Assembly: GCA_964547295.1 (NCBI GenBank) | Contig: CAZJMH010000001.1 | Span: 1 to 41,857, forward strand | Direction: 5' to 3' | Source: an uncultured Gammaproteobacteria bacterium | GTDB taxonomy: Bacteria > Patescibacteriota > Microgenomatia > UBA12405 > JAHJSD01 | DNA length: 41,857 bases | Part shown: one piece after another, positions 31,958 to 41,093 of the stretch | How positions within the stretch are numbered: position 1 is the first letter of the stretch | Layout: each line of letters opens with the position of its first letter | Program-made: the position numbers and the translations under genes | Notes under the pieces: model-generated | The model's database searches: none | What the model saw: only the letters and a program-made list of their open reading frames with translations | What the model was told of the DNA's origin: nothing

Positions 31958-31969
31958 TTGATTATAGTT
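31950..31969. repeat. Perfect tandem decamer GATTATAGTT x2; the first copy contains the rplR stop codon
   Basis: Read directly: GATTATAGTT GATTATAGTT. Confidence 0.8.
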
Positions 31970-31990
31970 TAAAATTAAAACTTTTAAAAA

Positions 31991-32491
31991 ATGCCAGATA
32001 AAAATAAAAAGACTAACCAGGAAGAAGAGCAAGACCGATTGATTCAATCAGTTATTAATATTAGTCGGACGTCTAAAAAGACAAAAGGAGGTAACCGGAT
32101 TGGTTTTACTGCATTAATGGTTGTTGGTGACGGTAAGGGCAGTCTTGGTTTGGGACTAGGAAAAGCAAAAGATGTTCGGACAGCAATTAATAAAGGTGTT
32201 CGTTTGGCTAAAAAAAAGATGGTTGAAGTTCCCCTCGAGGGAAAATCAATTCCATTTGCAATTGAACACAAGAAAAAAGCAACTAAAATTTTATTAAAGC
32301 CGGCTAAACAAGGCACAGGTTTGATTGCCGGCGGTCCAATTAGAGACATTGCAGATGCTGCTGGAATACAGGATTTAGTGGCGAAAGTTTTTGGGTCAAG
32401 AAATAAGTCTAATGTTGCTTATGCGGCTTGGGAAGGATTAAAGAAGATAAAAAGAGTTAGGGAAAAGCATCAATTTTTGTCTAAAAGTTAA
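31991..32491 (+). CDS. rpsE: 30S ribosomal protein S5
   Basis: S5 motifs are present: INISRTSKKTKGGNRIGFTALMVVGDGKGSLGLGLGKAKDV, GTGLIAGGPIRDI. Confidence 0.94.
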   Translation: MPDKNKKTNQEEEQDRLIQSVINISRTSKKTKGGNRIGFTALMVVGDGKGSLGLGLGKAKDVRTAINKGVRLAKKKMVEVPLEGKSIPFAIEHKKKATKILLKPAKQGTGLIAGGPIRDIADAAGIQDLVAKVFGSRNKSNVAYAAWEGLKKIKRVREKHQFLSKS

Positions 32492-32505
32492 AGGCTTAAA
32501 ATACA

Positions 32506-32955
32506 ATGATAAAATTACATAACTTACCGAAAATAACCGATAAAGAAAAAAAACGTCTTGGTAGAGGCTATGGCAGTGGCAAGGGCGGCCATACTACCAA
32601 TCGAGGAATGAAAGGAACAAAGGCCCGGTATAATGTCCCTTTAACCTTTGACGGAACTAAGATAAAAAAGGGTTGGTTAAAAAGGCTTCCTTTTTGGCCA
32701 GGTAAAGGTAGACAAAAAGGATCACCTTCAAAAATAGCAATAAATTTAGATTGTCTAGAAACTAATTTTAAGAACAAAGATCAAGTTAATTTAGAAACCT
32801 TAAAAAATAAAGGTCTTATTTCCAAGGGTGAACTTCGAAGGGGGGTCAAAATATTGGCAAGAGGAAAATTAACAAAAAAATTGGTAGTTCAATTGCCATC
32901 TTCGGCAGAAGCAAAAAGAAAAATTGAAGCGGCTGGCGGCAGGGTGACTAAATGA
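32506..32955 (+). CDS. rplO: 50S ribosomal protein L15
   Basis: The motif [22 protein letters not shown] is present. The gene follows rpsE after only 14 nt, so there is no rpmD. Confidence 0.93.
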   Translation: MIKLHNLPKITDKEKKRLGRGYGSGKGGHTTNRGMKGTKARYNVPLTFDGTKIKKGWLKRLPFWPGKGRQKGSPSKIAINLDCLETNFKNKDQVNLETLKNKGLISKGELRRGVKILARGKLTKKLVVQLPSSAEAKRKIEAAGGRVTK

Positions 32956-34256
32956 AAAAATATTTAAAAAAAATTAAAATACTCGCTTCCGGTTTTAAAA
33001 TAGATATAATTAGAAAAAAAATTGTTTTTACTATAGCAATTTTTGTTATTTTTCGGCTTATTTCATACATTCCAGTTCCCGGAATTGACACTACACGCTT
33101 ACAAGAAATTTTTCGTGAAAATCAGTTTTTGTCTTTACTTGATATATTTTCCGGCGGAACTTTAGCTAATTTTTCGGTTGCTGCTTTGGGTTTAAGTCCG
33201 TTTATTACTGCCTCGGTAATGATACAGCTATTAACTATGGTTTGGCCAACACTTGAGGAATTAACTAAAGAAGGTGAATATGGTCAGACAAAAATTAACC
33301 TTTATACCCGCTTAGCAACAGTTCCTTTGGCAATTATCCAGGGCTTTGGCATGTATGCAATTTTACAAAACCAACAAATTATTGGTAGCTTGTCACCTTT
33401 ATTCTTAATTTCCATGGTGGTTACAATGCTGACTGGAACAATGATAATGGTTTTTATGTCCGATTTAATTAATGAATATGGTATTGGTAATGGAACGTCA
33501 ACCTTAATTTTTGCTGGAATTGTTTCCAGATATCCAATTAGTCTTTTACAGACATTTTCAATGGTTGACAGCCAAAGAATTTTTAATTTGATTATTTTTG
33601 GTATTTTAGGGTTATTACTAGTAGTAAGCATAGTAATGATTGAAGAAGCTGCTTTAAGGCTTCCAGTCCGCTATGCTCGCCAAGGACAGCGCGGCGGTGG
33701 CGGCGGTCAGCTTAGCTATTTACCAATAAAAATAAATACGGCTGGAGTAATGCCAATAATTTTTGCTCTGTCATTAGTTGTTTTACCGTCAATAGTTGGA
33801 CAAGCGCTAGCAGCTTTACCAGCTCAGTTAGGTATAGAGGCCGGTTTTATTATCAGCTTTAGTCTTTTCTTGGAAAAGCTTTTTCAGCCGGGAACAATTA
33901 GTTATAACATTATTTATTTTCTAATGGTTGTTGTTTTTACTTTTTTTTATACGACGGTAGTTTTTAAACCAGAAGATGTTGCTGAACAGTTGCGCAAAAG
34001 CGGTGGGTTTATTCCTGGAATTAGGCCGGGAAAAGCAACAGAGGAACGCCTCCGCTGGTATTTATATCGGGTTACTGCTCTTGGGGCAATATTTTTAGGA
34101 ACAGTTGCTGTTTTGCCATCAATTGTTCAAGGTATAACCGGTATTTCAGCTTTGACTTTAGGCGGAACCGGAATTTTAATTGTTATTTCAGTTGTTTTGG
34201 AATTATCACGTTCGATTGAAAATTTAGTCCAAACCTATGAGTATGAAACCTTTTAG
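32952..34256 (+). CDS. secY: Preprotein translocase subunit SecY (434 aa)
   Basis: The protein has about 10 hydrophobic segments and carries [38 protein letters not shown] and [13 protein letters not shown]. Confidence 0.95.
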   Translation: MKKYLKKIKILASGFKIDIIRKKIVFTIAIFVIFRLISYIPVPGIDTTRLQEIFRENQFLSLLDIFSGGTLANFSVAALGLSPFITASVMIQLLTMVWPTLEELTKEGEYGQTKINLYTRLATVPLAIIQGFGMYAILQNQQIIGSLSPLFLISMVVTMLTGTMIMVFMSDLINEYGIGNGTSTLIFAGIVSRYPISLLQTFSMVDSQRIFNLIIFGILGLLLVVSIVMIEEAALRLPVRYARQGQRGGGGGQLSYLPIKINTAGVMPIIFALSLVVLPSIVGQALAALPAQLGIEAGFIISFSLFLEKLFQPGTISYNIIYFLMVVVFTFFYTTVVFKPEDVAEQLRKSGGFIPGIRPGKATEERLRWYLYRVTALGAIFLGTVAVLPSIVQGITGISALTLGGTGILIVISVVLELSRSIENLVQTYEYETF

Positions 34257-34839
34257 AGCTACTGTTTTAGGCCCGTCAGGCGGCGGTAAGGGAACCCAGG
34301 CCAAATTATTAGAAGAAAAATATGGCTGGAAGCATATTTCAGTTGGTAGTTTGTTCCGCGAGCATATTGAAGACGAAACAGAGATTGGGCAAGAGGCGAA
34401 ACAATACGTTGAAAAAGGAGATTGGGTGCCGACACCACTTGTATTAAAGATGATAAAGCCGGTATTAAAAAATTTATTAGAAACAGGTTTTATTTTAGAT
34501 GGTTTTCCTCGTTTACCTGACCAGCCAAAGCTTTTAGATGAATTTTTGGAAAAAAATGGGGCTGAGTTGGATTTAGCGGTTCATATTGATATTCGCCCGG
34601 AAGTAATTATGGCTCGCCGGCAGAAAGCATGGAAAAAAGGAAAAAGTTTTTATGATCAAAAGCGAAAAGACGAGACATTGCAAGCAATAAAGTCGCGAAT
34701 AGATGAATATCTAAAAACTATTCCGCCGATTTTAAACTATTACCACAAGAAAGGGATTCTTTTTCGTGTTGATGGAGAGCGGCCAATTAGTTTGATTCAC
34801 CAAGATATTGTTAAAGAGATAGAGAAAATTCATGAATAA
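34237..34839 (+). CDS. adk: Adenylate kinase (about 200 aa, LID without a Cys4 zinc motif)
   Basis: A P-loop ([16 protein letters not shown]), LVLKMIK and GFILDGFPR are present. The start is ATG at 34237 or 34243, overlapping the secY 3' end. Confidence 0.88.
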   Translation: MSMKPFRATVLGPSGGGKGTQAKLLEEKYGWKHISVGSLFREHIEDETEIGQEAKQYVEKGDWVPTPLVLKMIKPVLKNLLETGFILDGFPRLPDQPKLLDEFLEKNGAELDLAVHIDIRPEVIMARRQKAWKKGKSFYDQKRKDETLQAIKSRIDEYLKTIPPILNYYHKKGILFRVDGERPISLIHQDIVKEIEKIHE

Positions 34840-35596
34840 AAATTTTTTTGAGGCTGGTCAGAAGTTAGCCTGTGTATTTGCCAAAACCTTAAATGAAGTT
34901 AAGCCTGGAGTCAAATTAGCTGATATTGAAAAAAAAGCAGTTTCTTTTATCCATCAAGAAGGTGGCAAGCCTGGTTTTAAAATGGTTGAGAATTATAATT
35001 GGGCTACTTGCATCAACCTTAATCAGGGTGTTGTTCATGGTATACCTGATGAAAAAAAAATTTCTCACGGCGATGTAGTTAGTTTGGATATTGGCCTGTA
35101 TTACAATGGTTGGCATGCGGATATGGCCTATACCAAATTAGTTAAAAGTGGAGGGTTAAAAGTTAAAAGTGAAAATAAAAATAAAGAATTTCTAGAAGCA
35201 GGTGAAAATGCCTTGGAAGAGGCAATAAAGCAGGTTAAGCCAGGTAATCGTGTTGGCCATATATCGAGAAAAATCGAAAAAATAATAAAGCGACAAGGTT
35301 ATGATATTTTTCATCGCTTGACTGGTCATGGAATCGGCAAAGAACTACATCAAGCACCGTATATTCCAGGTGAATTAAATCAGCCGATAAAAAAAACACC
35401 TTTACTTAAGCCTGGAATGGGTTTGGCGATAGAAGTTATTTATACATATGGTAAAGGGGAGTTAAAAACAGCCAGGGACGGCTGGACATTAGTAACCAGG
35501 GATGGTAAAATATCAGCATTGTTTGAGAAGACTGTTTTAGTCACTAATAATAGTGCAAAAATAATTACCCCCTACTTGTTTTCAGGGGGGAATTAA
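34832..35596 (+). CDS. map: Type I methionine aminopeptidase
   Basis: The metal-ligand context is present: VVHGIPD, DVVSLDIGLYYNGWHADMA, TGHGIGKELHQAP, LAIEVI, ALFEKTVLV. Confidence 0.92.
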   Translation: MNKNFFEAGQKLACVFAKTLNEVKPGVKLADIEKKAVSFIHQEGGKPGFKMVENYNWATCINLNQGVVHGIPDEKKISHGDVVSLDIGLYYNGWHADMAYTKLVKSGGLKVKSENKNKEFLEAGENALEEAIKQVKPGNRVGHISRKIEKIIKRQGYDIFHRLTGHGIGKELHQAPYIPGELNQPIKKTPLLKPGMGLAIEVIYTYGKGELKTARDGWTLVTRDGKISALFEKTVLVTNNSAKIITPYLFSGGN

Positions 35597-35616
35597 ATGT
35601 CTCAAAATAATAGTTT

Positions 35617-35832
35617 ATGGCAGAAGAAAAAAAACAAATTGAAGGGGTAGTAACGGAAGCATTACCCGACACTAAGTTTAGAGTTCAGCTTAAAGAAGAC
35701 GAACAAGAAGTTATTGCTTATTTATCCGGTAAAATGAGAATAAACTACATTCGAATTGTTCCCGGAGATGAAGTTGTAGTAGAAATGGGTCCTTATGACA
35801 AGGACCGAGGAAGGATAGTATATAGATTATGA
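35617..35832 (+). CDS. infA: Translation initiation factor IF-1
   Basis: The 71-aa S1-fold protein carries [37 protein letters not shown] and RGRIVYR. Confidence 0.95.
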   Translation: MAEEKKQIEGVVTEALPDTKFRVQLKEDEQEVIAYLSGKMRINYIRIVPGDEVVVEMGPYDKDRGRIVYRL

Positions 35833-35942
35833 AAGTAAGAGTAAGTATAAAAAAACTATGTCCGAAATGTAAAATTGTTTACCGTCGAGGTAAAAAGTTT
35901 GTTATTTGTGAAAATCCCAAACATAAGCAGAGACAAAAATGA
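35829..35942 (+). CDS. rpmJ: 50S ribosomal protein L36 (37 aa, zinc form); not in the supplied ORF track
   Basis: My own translation is [37 protein letters not shown]. The ATG overlaps the infA stop (ATGA) and the TGA overlaps the rpsM ATG (ATGA). Confidence 0.93.
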   Translation: MKVRVSIKKLCPKCKIVYRRGKKFVICENPKHKQRQK

Positions 35943-36352
35943 AAATAATCGGTGTAAATATACCAGATGAAGAAAGAGCTGAAATAGGTTTAACTTCAAT
36001 TTATGGAATTGGCAGAAGCAATGTTCAGGAACTACTTGATGAAGCAGAAATAAATCCTGATAAAAGGGTTAAATCATTAACTAAAGAAGAAGTAAGTCGT
36101 ATAATTAAGGCCTTGGAAACCTTTAAGGTTGAAGGGGATCTTAAAAAAGAAGTTAAAGATAATATTAGCCGCCTTAAAGATATTAGAAGCTATCGGGGAA
36201 TAAGACATATAGTTGGTTTGCCGGCTCGTGGTCAACGGACAAAGACGAACGCACGAACTGTTAAAGGGCCGTCGAAAACTGTTGGTGCCTTAAAAAAGGA
36301 AGATTGGGCGAAAATAGAACAGCAGCAGCGAAAAGCAGGAGGCGAAGAATAA
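35939..36352 (+). CDS. rpsM: 30S ribosomal protein S13
   Basis: S13 motifs are present: [47 protein letters not shown]. Confidence 0.94.
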   Translation: MKIIGVNIPDEERAEIGLTSIYGIGRSNVQELLDEAEINPDKRVKSLTKEEVSRIIKALETFKVEGDLKKEVKDNISRLKDIRSYRGIRHIVGLPARGQRTKTNARTVKGPSKTVGALKKEDWAKIEQQQRKAGGEE

Positions 36353-36353
36353 A

Positions 36354-36713
36354 ATGGTTGAAAAAACGACTTTAGGAAAACTGTATGTCCATGCTACTTT
36401 TAATAACACTTTAGCAACAATCACCAATCAAAGCGGGGAAGTTGTTGATTGGACTTCATGCGGCCGGATGGGGTTTAAAGGAACCAGAAAATCGACTCCA
36501 TATGCAGCAACGTCAACAATTCAGGATGCAATTGGAAGATTAACTAAATCTGGAATTAAAAAATTACAAGTTTATATTAAAGGTCCAGGGCCAGGCCGGG
36601 ATGCGGCTTTAAGGGTTTTACGGGCAACACCTCAAATTCAGGTAACTATGTTATCTGATGTTACCCCACTGCCTCATAATGGCCCTCGCCCGCCTAAACA
36701 AAAAAGAGGATGA
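36354..36713 (+). CDS. rpsK: 30S ribosomal protein S11
   Basis: S11 motifs are present: HATFNNTLATITNQSGEVVDWTSCG, GFKGTRKSTPYAA, DVTPLPHNGPRPPKQKR. Confidence 0.94.
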   Translation: MVEKTTLGKLYVHATFNNTLATITNQSGEVVDWTSCGRMGFKGTRKSTPYAATSTIQDAIGRLTKSGIKKLQVYIKGPGPGRDAALRVLRATPQIQVTMLSDVTPLPHNGPRPPKQKRG

Positions 36714-37324
36714 AATTAGATAAAAAATGTCGTCATTGTCGGCGTGAAGGAGAGAAATTATTCTTAAAAGGAACAAGGTGTTTCTCACCTAAATGCCCTA
36801 TTGACCAGAAAGGTGCAGTGCCTCCTGGAGACCATGGGATGACTTATAAACGGCGACCATCAGAGTTTGGCCTTCAGCTTAGGGAAAAGCAGAAGATGAA
36901 AACAATGTTTGGCTTAGGTGAAAAACAATTTAAAAAATATTTAGAAAAAGCCCAAGAAAAAGAAAAAAATACTGGAGAAGAATTAATTAGGTTAATTGAA
37001 ACTCGTCTTGATAATACCCTCTACCGATCAGGATTAGTTCCTTCACGGTCAACGTCAAGGCAGTTAATTTCTCATGGCCATATTCTGGTTAATGATAAGA
37101 AAATTACTTTTCCTTCTTATCAAGTTCAGGTTGGTGATGAGATTAGGTTAAATGAAAAAGCACAAAAAATGAATAAGATTGAAGAGTGGCTTAAACGGAA
37201 AGAAAAACCGGCTGGATGGTTGCAAAAAAAAGGATTTATTGCTAAAGTCAAAAAGCAACCGGAGAGAGATGAAATGGTAACAGATATTGATGAATCATTA
37301 ATTATTGAGTTTTATTCAAGATAA
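36710..37324 (+). CDS. rpsD: 30S ribosomal protein S4 (zinc-finger form)
   Basis: An N-terminal Cys cluster (CRHCRREGEKLFLKGTRCFSPKCP) is present, together with an S4 RNA-binding domain (RLDNTLYRSGLVPSRSTSRQLISHGHILVND). Confidence 0.94.
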   Translation: MKLDKKCRHCRREGEKLFLKGTRCFSPKCPIDQKGAVPPGDHGMTYKRRPSEFGLQLREKQKMKTMFGLGEKQFKKYLEKAQEKEKNTGEELIRLIETRLDNTLYRSGLVPSRSTSRQLISHGHILVNDKKITFPSYQVQVGDEIRLNEKAQKMNKIEEWLKRKEKPAGWLQKKGFIAKVKKQPERDEMVTDIDESLIIEFYSR

Positions 37325-37357
37325 TCGAGTCTGACTCGACTATAAAAGGAGGCAAAA

Positions 37358-38272
37358 ATGATAGATGAAATCAGATTTTCATTAGAAACAGAAAAGGAGA
37401 AGGGAAACATAGGGAGATATACTATTTCTCCATTACCAGGTGGTTTTGGCCATACTGTTGGACATAGTTTAAGGCGAACTTTACTAGGCGAATTTCCAGG
37501 AGCGGCAGCAACTAGTGTTAAAGTTAAAGGAGCCAGCCATATATTTTCTACTTTATCTGGGGTTAAAGAGGATTTAGTGGAAATTATTCTTAATGTCAAG
37601 CAAATTAGATTTAGTTATGACGGTGAAGAACCGGTTAAACTTAAATTATCAAAAAAGGGTTCGGGAAAAGTTACTGCTGGTGATATAGCCTTACAGCCGA
37701 AGGTTGAAATAGCCAATCCAGATTTAGTAATTGCCACCTTATCAGATTCTAAATCAACATTGGAAATGGAAATAACCGTCAGCACTGGAGTTGGATATGA
37801 ACCAGCTGAAGAACATGATATTGATAAACGCGGTGTTATTGCTGTTGATTCTATATTTACACCGATCAAAAGTGTTGATTATCAAGTTAGCCAAACCAGG
37901 CGAGGCAAAAAATCTAATCTTGACCAGATAGAAATAGAAATTGAGACTGACGGATCAATAGAACCAAAAATTGCTTTTGAAAAAGCTGCACAAATTATAG
38001 TTGAGGTTTTTAGCCAAATTATTGAACCAAAAGGGGAGAAAAAGAAAGACAAAAAGAGGAAAACTAACAAAAATTATGATTTGATGATTGAAGAAATTGA
38101 AGAAATTCCTTTGAGATTGTCTAACGCCTTGAAAAAAGATGGTTATAAAACTGTCAGTGATTTGTCTGAAGCAACACCGGAGCAAATAAATAATGTTAGA
38201 AATGTTGGCGATAAATCCTTACAGCTGTTGAGAGAAGTTATGGAGGAGATGGGAGTAGAGTTTAAAAGTTAA
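37358..38272 (+). CDS. rpoA: DNA-directed RNA polymerase subunit alpha (304 aa)
   Basis: The NTD carries ISPLPGGFGHTVGHSLRRTLL and IFTPIKSVDYQV. A Lys-rich linker follows (KGEKKKDKKRKTNK). The CTD carries IEEIPLRLSNALKKDGYKTVSDL and NVGDKSLQLLRE. Confidence 0.94.
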   Translation: MIDEIRFSLETEKEKGNIGRYTISPLPGGFGHTVGHSLRRTLLGEFPGAAATSVKVKGASHIFSTLSGVKEDLVEIILNVKQIRFSYDGEEPVKLKLSKKGSGKVTAGDIALQPKVEIANPDLVIATLSDSKSTLEMEITVSTGVGYEPAEEHDIDKRGVIAVDSIFTPIKSVDYQVSQTRRGKKSNLDQIEIEIETDGSIEPKIAFEKAAQIIVEVFSQIIEPKGEKKKDKKRKTNKNYDLMIEEIEEIPLRLSNALKKDGYKTVSDLSEATPEQINNVRNVGDKSLQLLREVMEEMGVEFKS

Positions 38273-38284
38273 GTCAAGACGATA

Positions 38285-38641
38285 ATGAGGCACAGGAAAA
38301 AAGGAAAAAAACTTGGTCGAGATACAGCGAAAAGAAAGTCGCTTTATAACAATCTGGCGAGAAGTTTTTTTCTTAATCAGGGAAAAATAAAAACTACTCT
38401 TCCTAAAGCAAAGGCAGTTCAACCGAAAATTGAGAAAATGATTTCTCGAGCTAAAAGAGCTGATCTGGCTTCTCGCCGGTGGCTATACCGTTTTTTTCAA
38501 GATCAAAAGTTAGTTAACCAAATAGTTGATAATTTTGTTAAAAATTTAAAGACAAGACCTGGCGGGTATACCAGAATAATTAAATTAAAAAAGCGGCGTG
38601 GAGATGATGCTACTGTTGCTAGTTTAGAATTAATTGAATGA
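38285..38641 (+). CDS. rplQ: 50S ribosomal protein L17
   Basis: L17 motifs are present: MRHRKKGKKLGRDTAKRKSLYNNLARSF, RPGGYTRIIKL, RRGDDATVASLELI. Confidence 0.93.
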   Translation: MRHRKKGKKLGRDTAKRKSLYNNLARSFFLNQGKIKTTLPKAKAVQPKIEKMISRAKRADLASRRWLYRFFQDQKLVNQIVDNFVKNLKTRPGGYTRIIKLKKRRGDDATVASLELIE

Positions 38642-39054
38642 AAACAACCCAATTAAAAAAAGAAGAAATCAAGAGAGATTGGCATGAAATGGATTTGTCC
38701 GGTCAAATATTAGGACGAGCTGCTAGTCAAGTAGCAAAATTATTGATTGGAAAGCATAAACCGGATTATACCCCTCATCTAGATTGTGGCGATTACGTTG
38801 TTGTAATTAATTCTGCTGATGTTAGGGTCAGTGGTAAAAAAAAGGAAAATAAAACCTACTATCGTCATACTGGTTATATGGGGGGATTAAAAGAAACAAC
38901 TTTTGATGAGCTAATTGAGAAGAAACCAAATTTGGTCATTAAATTGGCAGTTAAAAATATGCTTCCTAAAAACAAATTACGAAAGCAAAGATTAAAAAGA
39001 TTAAAAATTTTTAAAAGTGAGGAACATCCCTATGGCGACAAATTCAAAAAATAA
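38638..39054 (+). CDS. rplM: 50S ribosomal protein L13
   Basis: L13 motifs are present: WHEMDLSGQILGRAASQVAKLLIGKHKPDYTPH, GDYVVVINS, YYRHTGYMGGLK, MLPKNKL. Confidence 0.94.
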   Translation: MKTTQLKKEEIKRDWHEMDLSGQILGRAASQVAKLLIGKHKPDYTPHLDCGDYVVVINSADVRVSGKKKENKTYYRHTGYMGGLKETTFDELIEKKPNLVIKLAVKNMLPKNKLRKQRLKRLKIFKSEEHPYGDKFKK

Positions 39055-39442
39055 ATATACCTATGCGGTTGGCAGAAGAAAAAAAGCAACTGCAACTCTT
39101 CGTTTATTTAAAGGTAAGGGAAAAATTGAGGTTAATGGACAGCCGATTGCCGATTATTTTCCAGGCCAAATAAGTAAGCATTATTATAGCCAACCGTTTA
39201 AATTAACTGATACTCAAGGCAAATTTCACGCGACTATTTTAGTCCGCGGCAGTGGCAAGAAAAGTCAATTAGAAGCCATTGTTTTGGCATTTAGTCGAGC
39301 CTTGGAAAAAATTAATCGAGATAAATATCGGCCGGTATTAAAAGATGCCGGTCTACTTTCTGTTGATTCCCGGGTTAAAGAACGGAGTAAACCAGGTCAG
39401 GCTGGACGAGCCCGTGCCAAGAAACAATCCCCGAAACGGTAA
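39032..39442 (+). CDS. rpsI: 30S ribosomal protein S9
   Basis: I chose the ATG at 39032, which gives MATNSKNKYTYAVGRRKKATATLRL. The track start at 39017 adds MRNIP. The C-terminus is RSKPGQAGRARAKKQSPKR. Confidence 0.92.
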   Translation: MATNSKNKYTYAVGRRKKATATLRLFKGKGKIEVNGQPIADYFPGQISKHYYSQPFKLTDTQGKFHATILVRGSGKKSQLEAIVLAFSRALEKINRDKYRPVLKDAGLLSVDSRVKERSKPGQAGRARAKKQSPKR

Positions 39443-39447
39443 AAAGT

Positions 39448-39642
39448 TTATTTATTTTCTTCAATAAATTTTTGAAAAGACCGGTCATAAGTCGATTCGG
39501 CCTCATCGCTGAAACAACAGGCCGGCAACTCCTGCCGCGATAAATGATATTCTATGCACTGACAACAAATCCCTTTCCGTGGACAGGATTCGTAAGTGCA
39601 GTTGCAGTTGGCTAAATTTGTTGGTTTGTTTGGACAATTCAT
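39448..39642 (-). CDS. Small cysteine-rich protein (64 aa, 9 Cys), uncharacterised family (possibly DUF6485-like)
   Basis: The translation is [44 protein letters not shown] followed by an acidic/helical tail. Its ATG overlaps the upstream gene's stop by 1 nt (TAATG on the minus strand). The family name is recalled from memory and not verified. Confidence 0.65.
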   Translation of the reverse strand: MNCPNKPTNLANCNCTYESCPRKGICCQCIEYHLSRQELPACCFSDEAESTYDRSFQKFIEENK

Positions 39643-39896
39643 TAACCGGTTATTTCTTCAACTTCTTTTTTTCCTGATTCCATTTCTTCAACTTGTTCTG
39701 GATCCCGTTCTAAAAGTAAAGCTTGAAATTCACCGACGTGTTCTTTTTCTTCTTTGGCTACTTCCATAAAAACTTTCTTAATTTTCTCATCAGTAGCTAT
39801 TTCAGCTAATTGTTCATAAAGACTAATTGCATCTAATTCGGCCATCAAACCTAATCGTAAAACCTGTAGGTCATTTTTGGGAAAATTTGCGAGCAT
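39642..39896 (-). CDS. Encapsulated-ferritin-like (EncFtn / rubrerythrin-type half-ferritin) protein, 84 aa
   Basis: The strong SD is GGAGGTGA. The motifs [12 protein letters not shown] and [11 protein letters not shown] match the Glu / ExxH di-iron ligand pattern of EncFtn-type two-helix ferritins (compare EELEAVDWYDQ ... EEKEH in the characterised family). I saw no obvious C-terminal encapsulin-targeting peptide. Confidence 0.65.
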   Translation of the reverse strand: MLANFPKNDLQVLRLGLMAELDAISLYEQLAEIATDEKIKKVFMEVAKEEKEHVGEFQALLLERDPEQVEEMESGKKEVEEITG

Positions 39897-39920
39897 TATT
39901 GGTCACCTCCTTCCTAATAT

Positions 39921-39928
39921 ATTATAAT
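39921..39928. promoter_or_regulatory. Overlapping divergent -10 boxes in the 39-bp intergenic region: plus-strand TATAAT (39923-39928) for nifS and minus-strand TATAAT (complement of 39921-39926) for the EncFtn-like operon
   Basis: The sequence ATATATTATAATAC reads as a -10 hexamer on both strands. The nifS ATG lies 7 nt downstream (leaderless-type). The minus-strand transcript would include the GGAGGTGA SD. Confidence 0.4.
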
Positions 39929-39935
39929 ACCAAAG

Positions 39936-41093
39936 ATGACCAAGAAAAAAAATATCTATTTTGACTATGCCTCAACAACGCCTGTAGCTGAAGAGGTAAA
40001 GCGGGCAATGGAGCCATATTTAGACGAAAAATTTGGTAACAGCGCATCTTTACACTCTTTTGGCCGCCAGGCCAAACAGGCGTTGGAAGACAGCCGTAAA
40101 TTTATTGCCGGCCAATTAAACGGCGATAAAGAAAATCTTATTTTTACTAGTTCTGCCAGTGAAAGTAACAATTTAGCTCTTAAGGGCCTTGCCTGGGCCA
40201 GTAATCAAAAAAACCATATTTTAGTTTCATCAATTGAACATGACTGTCTTATAAATAGCAGTCAATGGTTAGCCAGCCAGGGTTATCAAATTGAACAAGT
40301 TCCGGTTGATGAGAATGGTTTAGTTGATCCTGACCAGGTTGAAAAGATGATTAGGCCGGATACTTTAGTTGTTTCAATTATGCACGCCAATAATGAAATC
40401 GGCACCATTCAGCCGATTGCAGAAATCGGGTCAATTTGTCGGCAGAAAGGGACCTTATTTCATACTGATGCGGCCCAGACTTTTGGCAAACTTATTCTTG
40501 ATGTCGAAAAAATGAATTTAGATATGGTCACTCTTTCTTCTCATAAAATGTATGGCCCTAAAGGAGTCGGTGGACTTTATATTCAGCCAGGAATAAATTT
40601 AGTTCCTTTAATTCATGGCGGCGGACACGAGAGAAATTTGCGCTCATCAACGGTTAATCTTGCCGGTATAGTTGGTTTCAGCCGGGCAGTGGAATTGATG
40701 ACCGAAAGAGAAGATGATTTAGAGAGAATTAAAAATCTTCGCGATAAATTAATTAAAGGTGTTTTAGAAAAAATTCCCTACTGTCGATTAAACGGTCATC
40801 CTAAACAACGTTTATATAATAACGCTAATTTTAGTTTTTCTTATGTTGAAGGTGAATCAATTATTTTAAAACTAGACCAAAAAGGAATTGCTGCTTCCAC
40901 AGGATCGGCTTGTTCAGCCCCTGACTTAAAACCAAGTCATGTTTTACTCGCTCTTGATTTAAAGCCGGAATTAGCCCATGGGTCTTTACGTTTGACGCTA
41001 GGCCGCTATAATAGAAAGTCAGATGTTGATTACTTATTAGATGTTTTACCGGAGATTATTAAGGATTTAAGAAAAATTTCTCCATTTAAATAA
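39936..41093 (+). CDS. nifS: Cysteine desulfurase, NifS/IscS type (385 aa)
   Basis: The PLP-Lys context is LSSHKMYGPKGVGGLY and the catalytic Cys loop is STGSACSAP. The class V aminotransferase N-terminus is IYFDYASTTPV with HANNEIGTIQP. Confidence 0.92.
   Translation: MTKKKNIYFDYASTTPVAEEVKRAMEPYLDEKFGNSASLHSFGRQAKQALEDSRKFIAGQLNGDKENLIFTSSASESNNLALKGLAWASNQKNHILVSSIEHDCLINSSQWLASQGYQIEQVPVDENGLVDPDQVEKMIRPDTLVVSIMHANNEIGTIQPIAEIGSICRQKGTLFHTDAAQTFGKLILDVEKMNLDMVTLSSHKMYGPKGVGGLYIQPGINLVPLIHGGGHERNLRSSTVNLAGIVGFSRAVELMTEREDDLERIKNLRDKLIKGVLEKIPYCRLNGHPKQRLYNNANFSFSYVEGESIILKLDQKGIAASTGSACSAPDLKPSHVLLALDLKPELAHGSLRLTLGRYNRKSDVDYLLDVLPEIIKDLRKISPFK

Noticed and set aside
37326-37340. A small hairpin CGAGT-CTG-ACTCG lies between rpsD and rpoA.
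   Set aside because: It has only 5 bp and no U-tract, and it lies next to the rpoA SD (AAGGAGG). It is too weak to call a terminator or processing site.
37312-38422. Minus-strand ORFs lie inside rpoA and rplQ (37312-37599, 37615-37869, 37882-38070, 37955-38185, 38219-38422).
   Set aside because: They are antisense to conserved genes, with no signals and low-complexity sequence.
39448-39896. This could be an encapsulin nanocompartment operon.
   Set aside because: No HK97-fold shell gene lies adjacent; the flanks are rpsI and nifS. I saw no recognisable C-terminal targeting peptide on the EncFtn-like protein.
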